Of a DNA stretch of 64,000 nucleotides, positions 22,326 to 35,789 are shown one piece after another (positions within the stretch are counted from its first letter, which is position 1; each line of letters opens with the position of its first letter). This stretch comes from Lama guanicoe (Eukaryota). The notes beneath the pieces were generated by a model. It worked only from the letters and a program-made list of their open reading frames with translations, did not search any database and was not told the origin of the DNA. The position numbers were made by a program, and so were the translations under genes. The DNA is taken from positions 1,223,146-1,287,145 of the forward strand of contig MU054400.1 of NCBI GenBank assembly GCA_013239625.1, in the 5' to 3' direction.

Positions 22326-23569
22326 CTGCAGGGGAACATGGGAAGGAAGCTGTGTCCTGCCCTCAGGGCCACCCTGCCTTACTGCCCAGGGCAGCCTGGG
22401 CTCGGCCTCCATGGTGAAACCTCTTGCTTCTCTAAGAACTGAGGTGGGAATCCAACTCCAGGCCCTGCTGCTCAGGAGAGACAGTACTTGGCCCTGCACA
22501 ACCTGAGGCAGATAGTGAGGGGCCACAGGAGGAGGCTGACCCCTGTCTTCCAGGAGCTGTACTCCCAAGTGGGGCAGTTAGTGTGTGCCTGATGCCAGAG
22601 AAAGGTTGGAGGGGGAGAGATGGAGCAGAAGGATGGACCAGCCGGGGCTTCCTGCAGGTGACACCTTGAGCTGGAGAGAAGAGGGCAGTCTAGAAAGGAG
22701 GAATAGTATACACAAAAATGCATTTAGGAGTGAGTGTCATAAGTGTGGATCTGGATGGAATGGAGGGGTGAAGACGGAGGGAGGTCAGGTTGGAAAAGTA
22801 GAATACATTTATTCAGCCATTTGGTTTTTTTTTTTGGCCAACATCTGTGTCACCAGTCATGTCTCAGGTCCTGTGTAAAGGGCTGGAGGCTCCCTCTGAT
22901 TGCAGATTCAGAGTATGAGGGCCTTGAATGCCAGACAGGAGTTTGGGATTAATGCAGAAGTAAAAGAAACCACTGAAAGTTGTGGAGTGGGAGGGGCAGT
23001 ACGGGGCTGGCAGGGTAAGGGGCAGGAGGCTGGGGGGCCCCTCTGGCTAGACTACTTCTGAATTCTTCAGAGCCTATGAATTTCATGGAGCTGGCCACGA
23101 GGTGACCCACTGCCTGGGTGGCACTGTTACCAGTAGCCAGGAAGCTGCCTGAGCCTTGGAGGAGGCCTGTCTCAAGTAAAGCCCAGATGTAGGAAAAATG
23201 AGTGGTAGGGGAAAGCTCTCATAAAACAATCATAAGCTCCAGAGAGAAAGGGTAAGATGAGCACTTCCAGCTATTGTGACTCTGGAATTTCCCCAACCTC
23301 CGTGTCTCTTTGTCTCTTATCTTTCAGTCTCTGATCCTCTTTCCTTGCCATGGCTCATCTGAAGCCCTGTGTCCTGACCCCCACCCTTTCCAGCAGGCAG
23401 CAGCTGCCATTACCACCCCAAGCCTCTAGGGGGTGCAGTTTGCCTTAAAGTTGCTGGTGGTGATTTTCCTTAGTGCAACTGGGACAAGGCTGCGAATTTT
23501 CAGTTTTGGTGGTAATGTAATGGACAGCGAAAAACAAGTGTTACTTTAAAAGAATGTTGAAATTGTTTC

Positions 23570-23880
23570 ACATAATGAAAAAAATGCTAACAATAAACTG
23601 GTAAAAGAAAACTACGGACTACTATGCAACCATTTACAAGAATGAAGTCATTCTCTGTATACTGATACTGGAAGGGGTTCTAAGACATTAAGTGGAAAAA
23701 AACCCCCAAAATTTCAGAAAATGTGTACAGTATGATACCACTTATGTTAAAATACAAAATAAAACTAGAAAAAGCTTGAAATGATTATCTCTGGGGAGGA
23801 GAATGTGATGGGGGAGAGTAAAGGAGAAGTTATACTTGTTAAAATACTTGTGTTGTTAAACAATAATAAGCAAATAAAAC
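23570..23880 (+). mobile_element. L1ME-type 3' fragment
   Basis: aataaactggta...actactatgcaaccatttacaagaatgaag...tatactgatactggaa...gacattaagtggaaaaa. Confidence 0.65.
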
Positions 23881-24992
23881 TGTCTGCAGTTTGAGTCTGG
23901 TGTCCTAGGAAGATGAACAAATTCCACTAAAAGCTCTCTTGTTTAGAAAAAACAGCCTGAGGGGCTCCCTGGATGTGGTCTGGAAGGAGAAAAGCAAGGT
24001 TAAAAAAAAAAAAGTTGACTAACATAACAGGGCTCTGTGAAAAGGAGTCCTGGCAGCTGCAGAGGGAGAAGGTTTTAGAACAGATGGGAAAGGGCTCTTA
24101 GGAATAAGGAGGGGCCCAGTATTTGGTGGGCAGCTGGGGCCTGAGGAGAAAATGGGCAGGAGGGTGGCTGGGATGGCAGAGAAGTTGTGAAGGATAGTGA
24201 TGGCTTATATTTAATTGTAAACTTTTTCCAGGATGCATACTGTGTTATAATTTCTCTTCATGAAACCAGTTTTTACAAATTAAAAGTCAGTGATACATGG
24301 CATACTTAGGTGAGTGCAATTTTGGTCCCTGAAGGGCGAGAGGGGCAGTGCTGGGCATAGGGTGACGTGGCTGCACGCAGTGCTTGGGAGCCATGTAACT
24401 TCAAAGGAGCAAACTGCAGCCTAAACTGTCTTTGGATTGCACATGAGATAGACCCCAAGGGAAAGGTGAGTCTAGAAAGGGGAGGAGATATTTGGGTTTA
24501 TTAAGAAATTAAGGGAGAGCTCCCCCAAACAGGAGCTAACCAGGCCCTGAGATCTCCAGATGGGCCAATGTTTGAATGGGGAGAAGGACTCAGCTTCTAG
24601 GCTTTGGGAGCCTTGTTCCTTTCTATGCCTCAGACATAGCAACTGACACCCCACCTCTAAGGCAGCTTCCTCTTATCTGGGTTGATGTCTGATGGGACTT
24701 CCAACCCTCTCTGTGGGGTTCCATGCTTTTATCACTGTAGCTATCCTCCAGAATACCTGGAGCCTTCTTAGCCTCAGAGATGCCTCTAGAGTTTTGGGCT
24801 CCTGTAGAGAACTGCAATTTCTCTCTTTGCTTTGCTGGAGATAAGGTGCCTGGCAGTGCAATGACTGCGTGGCTGGAGTCTTGGAATCATTTAGCCTGAG
24901 TTGGTTTCTTGGTGGCACCTCATTGCAGACCCAGCCCAGAGCACCTTGTCTGTCAACTCCCCACATCTCCCTCATCCCCCAGACACACTCAC

Positions 24993-25092
24993 CCAGCTTC
25001 ACTTGGAGCGGGGATGGTTTGTAATTCATGGCTACTGACTCACCCTCCCGGGCGTCACAGTCTCCGTCTGAGATAGAGGCGGCGGCTGGGTC
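24993..25092 (-). CDS. FAM219A: FAM219A exon 2 (DPAAASISDGDCDAREGESVAMNYKPSPLQVKL)
   Basis: Acceptor ccttctcctcccAG| at 25094-25093; donor GTGAGT at 24992; 100 nt. Exon 1 (MMEEIDRFQ...) was not found in the window. Confidence 0.95.
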
Positions 25093-28000
25093 CTGGGAGG
25101 AGAAGGCAGAGAGATAGGGAGTTGTTAGGAAATGGACACCGGGGGCTTCTCTTACCTATTCTCTCTGGGTGTTTCTCCCTGGCAGCAGGCAGGGGATTCA
25201 GGGAGGGAAAGAGAGACTCGTCTTTTACAAGAGCCAAGGGTAGAAGCTGGGTAGAAGAGCCAAGGATCTTGGTCCCACTGATACCCACCTGGATGCCTGT
25301 CTTTTAAGTCCTCTGTGATCTGCCTTCCCCAGAAAGCCTACTGTGATTCCTTAAACCCACAGGGCTACCTTCTCCAACCTCCCATACTAGTTGCCCTGCT
25401 CCCTCAGAGCCTTTCCTGTGTACTTGTTTGGGAAGATCTTTCTAGGTTCCTGTGAGTTTAAGTCTGGATTAAGGTCAGAGTAGGTGCTCCCTGAGACAGG
25501 CCTTCTCCCTCTGTCTCCCCTAGCACTGGACGATCCCTTCCTAGGATCCAGAGAACTAACTGGCCAAACCAGGCTAGACTTCAAGGCTGTAGCCACTGTA
25601 GTTCTCAGGAGGACCTCTCCATTTCACAGATGAGTCCTGAAGAGTGTCTCCTGCGAGAACCTGAATGTTTGGCTGGGGGTGGCAGGTGAGAAGACAAATA
25701 ATGACAAATCAGCTGGTGGCCAGCTAGTCCTGTGTTGCCCAGATAGCGCTTGACACTATAGATGACCAGGAAGGTAGGAAAGCATGCATCCTGTGCATTG
25801 TCCAGGGTCTGAACCGTTTCAGTCTCCCTCACTGCCGTCCTTACTGACTTCTTCCCATTGAGATCGACACTGTGCTGCCCAGAGTCTTACTCTAGCCTCA
25901 CTGTTCCCTCCAAAACACCCCACACCTCTGCTACAAGATCCAGGGCTTTGGCCCACCCTGCCTCAGTCTGTTGGGAGGGGTTGGAGTCATTCACAGCCTC
26001 CCTGAGAAACCAACGACCAATCACTGATATGGATTCCGCCACCCTAGCTATCCGCGAGACCACAGGGTGGTGAGCCCAAGGTCAGGTTTGCAGACAGGAT
26101 CCAGGGCTGTGCCTGTTCTGCCTCCGGGGATGTAGAGAGCAGACAGATAGGCAAGTAGAATGCTCCAGGACTGGCCCCACAGTGCCAGACCCAGGGATCT
26201 GAGTAGCTTCTGGTGACGCATCAAGGGAAGGATATATAGCCATTATGGTGGCTTCTCTTCCCTTTAGAATGAAGCAGCAGGGATGAAAACTTGCTTGTCA
26301 CTAAGGGGAAAGGGGAAAATCTAGAATGTTTGGGAAGGAAATCCTGGCCTTGTCTATGTTCCTTCAGGCCATCCAGAGTGCCAGGGCCTGGGTGAGCTTT
26401 GTTGCCACAGTGGTTAGTGAGTTCCTGAGGGCAGAACCTGGGCCTCTGACCTCTGCTCTGATTCCCATCCTTAGCTGTGGTTGAGGGGGAAGAGGTGGGA
26501 GGGTAGAAAAGATGGGAGTTGCACTGCCTACATCCCAGGCAACTTCCCATGCCACAGACATTCCCAGTCCTTCATCCTCTACCTCCCTAGCTCAGATCCT
26601 CCTCGGGAGGCTGCTTACTGACAGCACCTGTCCCCTGCAGCCCCGGAGGAGGGGCCTCTAGTGGCCCTGACAAGCCTCTCTATGGCCAAAACAGCCTTGC
26701 AGGTGCTGCCTGCAGGGAACATGGAGACCTGACAGCTAGGCTCTGGCTTTCTCCTTAGGCAACATGGAGGGTTCATTCCCAAAGCAGCCTGAGGGAGGAC
26801 TCTCAAAAGGTAAAACCCATAAACGTGCCTGTGGGGCCTTACCAGGGAAGCATAGGCAGATTTCCAATTTACTTTTTCTATAGCATTTGTCACATGTCAC
26901 ACATATCATCCATTTGGAAATGGTTTCCTCCTCTGGCTTTCAGGACACCGTGCTCCTTGGCTCATCTTGCCTCTTTGACCATCATCCCTCCTGCTCTCAA
27001 CCTTCCTCTCTCTGCTTGGGGAAGCCTGATGTCTTCCATGGTTTGGATTAACATGTTTCTACTGGTAACTTCTAAATCTATGGCCTTCCAATTGTACATC
27101 TGTCTCCTCTGTAACCCTCCACCCCATTCATCCACAAGAGTGGTAAGTTTCACTGGCCTCTCCTTGGGGCTGACTTAAAAAACTTGAGCCCTCAGGCATT
27201 TGGGGCTAACTTTTCCTTCCTCAGTGCAGATGACTTCATCAGCATTTCTTCTCTTGGGCTGGAGGTACTGGATGGCAACAGTAACACTGAAAGGGGACTG
27301 TGCATGGAGGATGGGGCCTGGCTGGAGGCTGGGAAGCTGCTGAGTAACTCTGGTCACAGGGACCCTCATGTGGTCCTTGAGGCCACTGGCCAGGTCCTGG
27401 TGGCATCTGACCCCTGACTGAAAATGCCAGTCCCTTTGGGTCAAGAGCCAGGGCACAAAGCCCTAGACTGAGAGGGCCCATGCAAACCCATCATTCAGCG
27501 TCTTCCCTGTCACTGCCCATGACAGAAGGCCGTCCTAATGGCAGGAACAAAGATCTCTGGCACTGTGCCTGCAAACTCAAATCTTTACTGTGGGCTTCCT
27601 GTCTGTCCTGAGAAATGCAGCCAATGTACCATGACCATCACATGGAAATGTAATCAGGGAGATTAAATGTGAAATATTCATGAATATAAGTATTAGAGAG
27701 GAATCCAGGCAGAAGGAAGCATCTGGCTCTGAGAAATCAGGGAGAATTTAAAATGCCCCCCAAGGACATCTGACAAGAGTTAGCTGGATCCAGGAACTAG
27801 AGTGGCGATTAGCAAGATTATTAATAAACACTCAGCAGAGACAGACATTGAAATGCATCTCTAACTGAAACTCGTTTCTGCAATCCTTCACACAGATTCT
27901 CCAAAGACTGCAGAGATGATTAATAGTTCAGTCTCGCTGTTTCTGGGACAGAAAATATAGGCTAATGGCCAGTGCAAAGCCAATATAATTAGAGGAAGGC

Positions 28001-28375
28001 AAAAGTGCCAAAAGAATCCTTAGTCTGGTCCAGTGATTTTCATTAAACTGTGTTTCCTGAACCCTGTGCCTTGGGCAGGGCTGAGTATGAGAGGAGAGCA
28101 ATCAGAGGGGGTCTGGCTTCTCTTCAACCAGAACAGGTCTATTCTTATTTCATTCACATATCAGCCTTTCTGCAGGAATCTGGTTGGAGAAGGAGTTCTA
28201 TTGTTGAAAAAAGAAAAAGAGGGGGATTAAACAAATCCATTGATTAGTCCCATCTTTGAAAAATGCTTTATTATAGAAATTATCAAACTTACATGAAAGC
28301 AGAGAAAACAATATGGCGAGATCCTGGGTACCTATCACCAGGTTCAACAAATAGCAACAAATCATTCTTTTAAAA

Positions 28376-28508
28376 AATTCCAGCTCCTCCGTTTACTAGC
28401 TGTGTGGTCTAGGCTTCAGTTTCCTCATCTGTAAAATGGCATTAATATTAATATCTATGCCAAAGGTTCCTGTGAGGATAAAATAATAATATGTAATCTA
28501 GCACTTAG
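28376..28508 (+). mobile_element. MIR, interrupted by an LTR; resumes at ~29075-29140
   Basis: ttactagctgtgtg...cttcagtttcctcatctgtaaaatgg...gcacttag, continuing as cttagaacagt after the insert. Confidence 0.75.
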
Positions 28509-29074
28509 TATGTAAGCATTTAGGTAAGTAGCTTTTGGCAGGAAAGAGCTCTCTGCGGAGGCCCCTTTTGTCTTGTCACTAACCTTAAACCAGCACCCCC
28601 CAACCCCGTGCTCTCCTCATCTCTGGCCCAAGCACATCTTTTAAATTTTTTTTATCATAAAATACCTTCCCTGTTGGTTCTTCCCATAGATCAAAGAAGT
28701 AAACATGAAGAATAAGTAATTAACAGATGACTAGATCTCTTCCCTAGCTTCCCCCTCAGTAACCTTGCGAACAAACTGTGTGAACAAGATAGCATCTAAA
28801 GAAAGATCACAAGAAGTTGACAAGTCTGCATGCAGTGCGGACTGGCGATGACTCTGACCCTCCATCTCAATGATTAACTGAGATTATTTTCCTTTTTCCC
28901 TTTAAAACTTTCATGGCCAAGCAGAATCTTGGGAGTTGGTTGTTTTGGATACGTGAGTCCACCATCTCCCCAGATTGCCAGCATTCTGACTAAAAGCAAT
29001 TTTCCTTTTTACCCACAATCACATTTTGGTATTGATTTTCAAGCAGTGAGTAGTTGGACCTGACTTTGGTAACA
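28509..29074 (+). mobile_element. Probable ERV solo LTR (~570 bp)
   Basis: Ends ...ttggtaACA; TATA-like ccctttaaaa at ~28900; flanked by direct repeat CTTAG (28504-28508, 29075-29079) that splits a MIR. Confidence 0.6.
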
Positions 29075-29329
29075 CTTAGAACAGTATTTAGTATCCTGCA
29101 TACTGAGCACTATATTTGTGCTAACTATAAAGTTGTTATTAGTATGGGGTCCCTGGGGCCCACCAATCATGAGCAGTATGTCCTGGCAGTGGATGGTCCA
29201 CAGCTTAGCCCTGGAACCACATAGGTTGGGGCCTGGCTTATGTGGGGAGGTGTCTGTGGAAAAGATGCTCCCACCACAGGGTGAGGAGGGGCCTGACAAG
29301 GGGCATTCTATCTCCTCTCTCTCCTCACT

Positions 29330-30720
29330 TATTTAACAATAGTAGGCCTGGGGTTTACACAGATAAATAGAAATAGGCTCATCCTTAAGGAGCCCCCAGT
29401 AATTATCAATAAATGTAACAAGAGCCATAGAAAAATAGAGGGAAAGGGACAAAGGGATGTTGGTCAGAGAAAACTTCACCAAGGAAGACGTTTGAAAAGA
29501 TCTCAAAATATCAGTTCATCAGTTAGATTGAGAGGAAGGAGGAAGTACATTCAGAGAACATCTGTAAAGGCTCAGAAGCATGAAACTAGCATTGCATATT
29601 CAAGGAACAGTATTTTTCTGTAATTGAAATCTAGAAGGTATGATAAAAAGTGGCAGGAGATAAAGTTGTGGGGTCAGGAGGGCTCAGATTATGGTGGAAG
29701 GTGAGCCTTGATTTTGTTCTTTACTCAAGAAAATGGAGAGGGAGCCAGTGAAGCCTTGAGCAGGAGAGTAACATGATCAGATTTGAGGTGGAGAAGGACC
29801 CTCTGATAGCCATGTAGATGATGGCTGGGATGGGAATGAGACTAGAGGTAAGGAAACTACTGCAACAGTGCTAGCAAAAGATGACAGGGAGCTGAACTAA
29901 GCAGAAGCAGAAATAAAAGGCCAGAAAGGAGGATGCTAAAGAAGGTAAACAGATGATTTTAGAGATAAAATTTAGGAGTCCAGACAGTCCTAATTTTCTC
30001 TCTGGAGTAATTGGGGAAGGGGTACTAATTATTAAAACAGACAATGCAGGAGAAGGCATAACTACACAGCCAGGGAAAACTAGATGAGCTCAGTTTGGGA
30101 AGTGTTGAGTTTTAAAGTGTGACACCTAGATGATATCATTCATCTAGATGATATCATTAGTCAGTAAGAATTGAGGTTTGGGATCTCAGGAAAGAGGAAT
30201 GGGCTGGTGCTGGTGGTGGAAGCCACAGAGGAGAATAAGCCTTCTCAGAGCGAATGTGGAGAGTGACAAAGGCAGGAACCAAGAATGGAGTCCTGGGGAA
30301 CATCTGATTTTAGGGAATGAGTGGAAGAAGAAGACTGAGTTGGAGCAGAAAGATGAGATGTAGAAAAAGATCTAGGAAGACATTCAAGTAGAGTGTCAAG
30401 GTGGAAGAAATCAACAGTGTCAAATAAACAGATGGGTCCACAAGATAAAGACAATATTTAGAGACAAGTCACAGGTGGCCTCAACAAACAGTTTTAGTTG
30501 ACGGGTAAGAACAGAGCTCAGATTACAGGGAATTTAGGAGGGAATAAGAGATGAGGAAGTAGAGACAGTGAACACAGGCTATTCTTGCAAGTAGACTGGG
30601 AAGAAAAGAAATGAGAATGAATGACAGCCAGAGGGAGCTTTGGAGTTGAAGGATTTCTTTGGAGCTAGATAGCCCCTGACTACGGTTCTAGATTGAGGTG
30701 AAGGAAGCTGGGTAGAGAAG
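29330..30720 (-). mobile_element. L2 LINE fragments
   Basis: Purine-rich L2 antisense motifs (gagcaggagagtaacatgatcagattt; gatgagctcagtttgggaagtgttgagttt). Confidence 0.7.
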
Positions 30721-32764
30721 GAGATGTTTGATGGAGCATGAGTATAATCTTCGAAGGAGTCAAGAGAAGATGGACCAGAGGAGGAAGGCTCCTTAATGAA
30801 ATGGAAGGACAGTGAAGATGGGTGTGGGATGCAGATAACATGGAGGCAGAAAGGTGGGTGGAAAGTTAAGGGAGTTCATTCCTAAAAGCCTAGTTAGGTA
30901 AAAGGGGTGAATGCTAAGGAGTTGGGGGGAAAAATGGGTACTTGGTCGCTGGCAGGAGTGCAAGGAGATCAGACTGGTTGGGCTCCCAGCTACAAATCTG
31001 CATCTTTCACCTGCCCTTGATCTCGGCTTCAAGATGAAAGGCACTCTCCGTGGTGCTGAACAATTATGCTTTTGTCTTCTGGACTGAGCACAGATGATTC
31101 AAGGTAAAGACATGATTCAATTTTCGCTTTCCCACAGGAAAAGTAACCTCTGTCCTCACCTTCAAGCACTAATTTTCAGGAAGATGGAAATTGAAATGGA
31201 TTTAGAATGAGGTATGAAGAGGCAAAGTGCTTGGACCAACATTATCTAACCTTTCTTTACCTAATACATATGAATTTTCTTCTAGTTTTAGGAGGGAGTT
31301 GGTGGCGACAGTTCTGAGTTGGCTATCTCTGGAACAAAGTCATGTCTGTACGCTGGCTCCTCTGGGTAAAAGCAGGAAGCAGGACAGACTTAGAGCAGGA
31401 ACAGGGCCAGGAAGAAAGATAGGGCTGATAAAGAAACAGGAAAGCAGGGGAAGATCTGGAGCTCAGGCCACTCTCTGACAGGTAGGCATAACAAGATAGG
31501 ATATCAACGGCCAATTCTGTTTCTGTCACGATTTGTTCAGCTCAGAAACTACCTGGGGCTGTGGTTCTGTGCAGGGTTATGCAACTCCCACAAAACATCT
31601 CTTGGCAGTGGGTGATAATAAACATGTTTAGACATTATTTTTTAGAGAGAGATAAAAACATACAACTCTATCCCTTTATTTCCAACATCCATGGCTTAGA
31701 AGAAACCTAACCTCCAGTTCAAGAATATTCAATTGCAATCTAAGCATTGGTTAGACCTCTCTACTTCTCTGCAGATGGCTGATCATTCTGACTCTAAGAC
31801 ACTCCCATTTCTCTCTGACTCCACACCTGAACATGAGAATCATTTGGCCAATGACATTCCCTACTCCATGATATGACCTGAAGTCCTGAGTTCCATTTCC
31901 TGAGCCCAATTTTTGGGCAGCTCCCATTTTTATTCCCCATCTCCCCTTCTCCAGGATTTCTCCAGGAGCTGCCTGAATTGCCTGGCAATTGGCTAGGACG
32001 TCTATCCTTTTGGATATTAAGACTCTTAGTGGCCCTACTTATAGGGAAGGACAAAGATCTTTCTCAGGAGTAAGATCTTTTGGGTGAGATCTAGAGGAGA
32101 ATCAGGGAAACATAAGGGAGGCAGTCAATTCAAATGTTGTTTGTGGCTCTTACAAATAGGGGAAGAAGAATAGAAAAGATGGAGAAATCAGTGAATCCTG
32201 AATTTGGGAGGTGGGTAGGATCCTGCCTAGCTCAGAAGGCCATTCTTATCAATCTAAATCTCCTCAATCTTCAAGGTTTTCCTCTAAAAGAAGATTCCAT
32301 TCAAACAAAGTCAACACACTGAGTGTCCAATCCTTTCCAGCTCCGGTCTGGGTAGTAGAATGTAGAGGAGGAAAGCACACTTTCGTCATACACGCCACAC
32401 ACCTGCAGAGCATTTTGGAATAAAGCAAAAGTTCCCCAGAGAGAAGTGGAAAGGATTTTTATGCTGGGCTAGAGTTCAAGAACTCAAGTTGGTCCTGTGT
32501 GCAGCTGAAGATTTTCTGTTTCCTTAAACAGCTCCTAGGATGGAATTCATTACCAAAAACAAGCACTGCCAAGTTTTAGTATCTTTGATGTGGCTGTCTT
32601 TGGGAGAACCAGAATGCAGAGCCCCATGGTTAGTAACAACTGTAGTGAGCTTAATAGATTTTTCTATTATAAAGTAATACATGCTAAAATTAAAAAGAAA
32701 CCTTTAGTTTCACCACCTTAAGGCAATCTCTGTTAAAGTTCTAGTGTATCTGAGTCTTTTGTGT

Positions 32765-33226
32765 ATATTACAATAGCAACACAAGGGGGTTTCCCTCTCT
32801 GGGAGCTGGTGTTTCTCCTGTCCTCATGGTCACAGGGGTGGGCCTCCAGGTACCATGTTGGTTTTATGTGGTCCCACCCTTGCTTGGACCAGGAAGGGCC
32901 AATGAGAGTCTCCTCCAGAATTAGGAAGTGGGACTAAGGGGAGACATAAAGCTCAAGGCTGTGGATTAGGTAGCAGAGAAGGCCATTGGGCAGGGAGACA
33001 AGAATAAAGCTGATATTCAGAAAGAAGCAAACAAGAGATAGAAAAAGTCTTGCTTAGGTTTCAGGCTCCAGTTCTAGAACTTGCCCTACCCTTCCAAGGC
33101 TTGAGGACATGCCTATCCTTAGATATTGTGAGAAACTCTGGTGTCCTTAGAGTCTAGTCTCTTTTTTAGCTTAAACTGGCTTGAGATGGATTTTGTTACC
33201 ATAACCAGAGAGTACAAACTAATAAA
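32765..33226 (+). mobile_element. MLT1 (MaLR) LTR, old
   Basis: ggccaatgagagtctcctcc; 3' end gcttaaactggcttgagatggattttgttaccataaccagagagtacaaactaata. Confidence 0.6.
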
Positions 33227-33315
33227 CATGCACAGAACATTTAAAGAAAAACACACTGTATCTTATATTCTGTATTTTAAAAAATTAGTGTTAGGACATA
33301 ACCAACTCTCCATAT

Positions 33316-33487
33316 TTGTTTTTCCAGAAAAGGCTATTTTTTAATTCAAGTAACTGCAAATAGGAAACCAGAGGTGGGGGCGCCAGGCTGAGACAAATGG
33401 CTACCTCCTCCCTGAAGGTAGCCCCTATACCTGACTGTCAAAACAGGCCTCCCTCCTCACTCTGCTGCAGCATCCTAGGGGCACCAC
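33316..33487 (-). pseudogene. 5'-truncated processed retrocopy of the HMGA1 mRNA 3' end
   Basis: Minus strand cctaggatgctgcagcagagtgag...ggtagccatttgtctcagcctgg...ctctggtttcctatttgcagttacttgaattaaaaaatagccttttctgg plus A-tail remnant, resembling the HMGA1 3'UTR terminus as I recall it. TSD CTCTCCATAT at 33306-33315 and 33488-33497. Confidence 0.75.
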
Positions 33488-34551
33488 CTCTCCATATGTT
33501 TACATAGTTTTTGTAGCCATCAGATGCAGAACACTGATGAGAGATGCCCAGGAATTGATAGAGGCCATTTGGTTAGAGTCCTTGAGACTTGGAGAGTCCC
33601 TCCTCCCTGCACATGGTAGGAAGCTGAAGCAAGAGAAATGTCAATAAACATTGACATTTGGTCTGGGCCAGACTACTTGTGGATCCTTGTCTGGATTTTG
33701 GCCCCAAATCTTACCTGAGGATTTATAAGCTTCAATTACTCAAGAGACTGAGCCCAGCCTACACTGGTTTATGAATTTTTTTTGATGCCTTGACTTCCCA
33801 GGAAAGCAAAGAAATGGTCTAGAAGTCTATGGGATGCCTTCCCAGAGCTGCTGTCTCTGATTCCTTCCCTTTGGCTTTGGAATAGTAAAGAGCTGCTCGT
33901 CTGCAATGGACAGTAGACTTGGAAGGCTGGTATCAAGTAGCTTCTCAGTGGCATTTCTTGCCTCTGCCCTTCCTCTCCTTTTCAGCCTGTTCTAAGTCTT
34001 TAACTTCCATTATATCTGGCAAGCACCGCTTTTTGCTCCCAAAAGACAACTTGCAATTTTAAAACTCAGCTCTCTGGCCAGAGCAGTTTCCTGTTCTTTC
34101 CTGTTTGTCATCCCAATAATCAAATATTGGTCAGCTTGCAACTTGTTAAAAAAAAACAAAAACAAAGAAACAACTTGATGTTCACTGAAGGCCATCAAGG
34201 GGCAGGCAGGGCACAATGCATTTTGGGGAGGGAAAAACACCAAGACCTGGTTCTTGCCAAGAAGACTTTAGTCTCAAGGTGGGGAGTTGACAGGCACACA
34301 AATTAGCCTACTTAAGGCCAAGAGAGGAGCATGAGAGGTAGGAAAGCTTGAAGGGTGATGGGAGCACAGAGGACAGGGTGATGGCAGTGGAGGTTTGTTA
34401 TCCCCCCTGACAGAGAGGGTCAGGCCCGGACAGGAGTCTGACCAAAGTAGAGGCCTGGCTATTGGGTCAATGGGTACTTCAGAAAGAGTGTTCAGAGCAA
34501 TGGCTGGTGAGGCTTAGCCCTGGGGCTGGGACTCTATTCTTACTACTTTTA

Positions 34552-34679
34552 TTTATTTAAACATTTTTTATTGATTTGTAATCATTTTACAATGTTGTGT
34601 CAAATTCCAGTGTTCAGCACAATTTTTCAGTCATACATGGACATATACACACTCATTGTCACCTTTTTTTCTCTGTGAG
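34552..34679 (-). mobile_element. Young camelid-type L1 3' end, 5'-truncated
   Basis: Nearly identical to 58112-58235; TSD CTACTTTTA at 34543-34551 and 34680-34688. Confidence 0.85.
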
Positions 34680-35622
34680 CTACTTTTAGATGCTGCTGCT
34701 AGCACAACCCCTACTCTGCCACAAGGCACTCAGCCCACTCCCTTCCTGCAGGTTAACTAAGGAAATGCAGTGGTTTGAGTAGTCAGGGGCTTCTCCTTTA
34801 CCACTGAGATGCACACACAACTCTCCCACAGGGAAGGGTCAAGAGGCTCTAGGTGGGTGGCTGGGAGGTGTTTTTATTGGGAAGGCAAACAGGGATTCAG
34901 AGTCCTAAGAGAGAGAGATGGTAGCTCTGGTGAAAACAAACCCTCACTGCCTCTAACTAAGCCTAGGGCCAGCAGTCACTCTCAGCAGGCCTGCTCTGTG
35001 TAGCAGGGAGGTCAATGCTAAGGGCTCCTGGAGGCTCAGGGCTTAGCCCAGGAGTGCAGGAGGTCAGAGAAGGGAAGGAGAGCGTTAACCCCACAAAGGG
35101 TCATGAACCTTATCTGAGTTTCCCAAGAGAAGTCAGTTCTTCACATGGCCAGTTGGTGGTGAAAGAGTAGGGCGAGGGAGGATTCTAGACTAGCACAAGC
35201 TCGAGGCAAGTTTTCAGCTGTGAAGCCAGCCAGTTGCTAGTTATGCATCTCTCCTGGGAAACAGTACTCATCTGCAGAGCTAGATGGTCTTGGGGTCCCT
35301 CTTGGAGGATCTCCCCAGGCTCAGGATGGTAGACAGCCTTTCCCTGCCGACCTGTCACTCCCTGGCTGGTGCAGTGACACTGAATGGCTAACTCAAGGGA
35401 ACAACCTCATTCCTGAGGCATTCACAGGAAGGGGCTCTGAAACAACAAATAACCAACACCTACTCAAAAAGCGCCCCCTACAGTTCTGCAGCCCACGCCT
35501 CTGAGAAACATCTCTTTTGCTCTGACTACACCTGGGCAGCCTTCACCTCTTCTGGACAGCTCTGGCACACTGGTACAGCTATATCCTTCCACACCTGCTG
35601 AGCCTATCTATGTACCTATAGG

Positions 35623-35789
35623 ATAGGACTTCTTAAACATTCATGTGCATACAAATCACCTGGGGATATTGTTTAAATGGAGATTCTGATTCAGTAGGTC
35701 TGGAGTGGAGCCTGAGTATCCGCATTTCATAGAAGCTTCCAGGTGATACCAATGTTCTCAGTACAGGGACCACACTTCACATAGCAAGG
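35623..35789 (+). mobile_element. MER5A1-like hAT-Charlie MITE
   Basis: tgtgcatacaaatcacctgggga...ttctgattcagtaggtctgg...ccaggtgat...ggaccacactt...tagcaagg. Confidence 0.8.
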
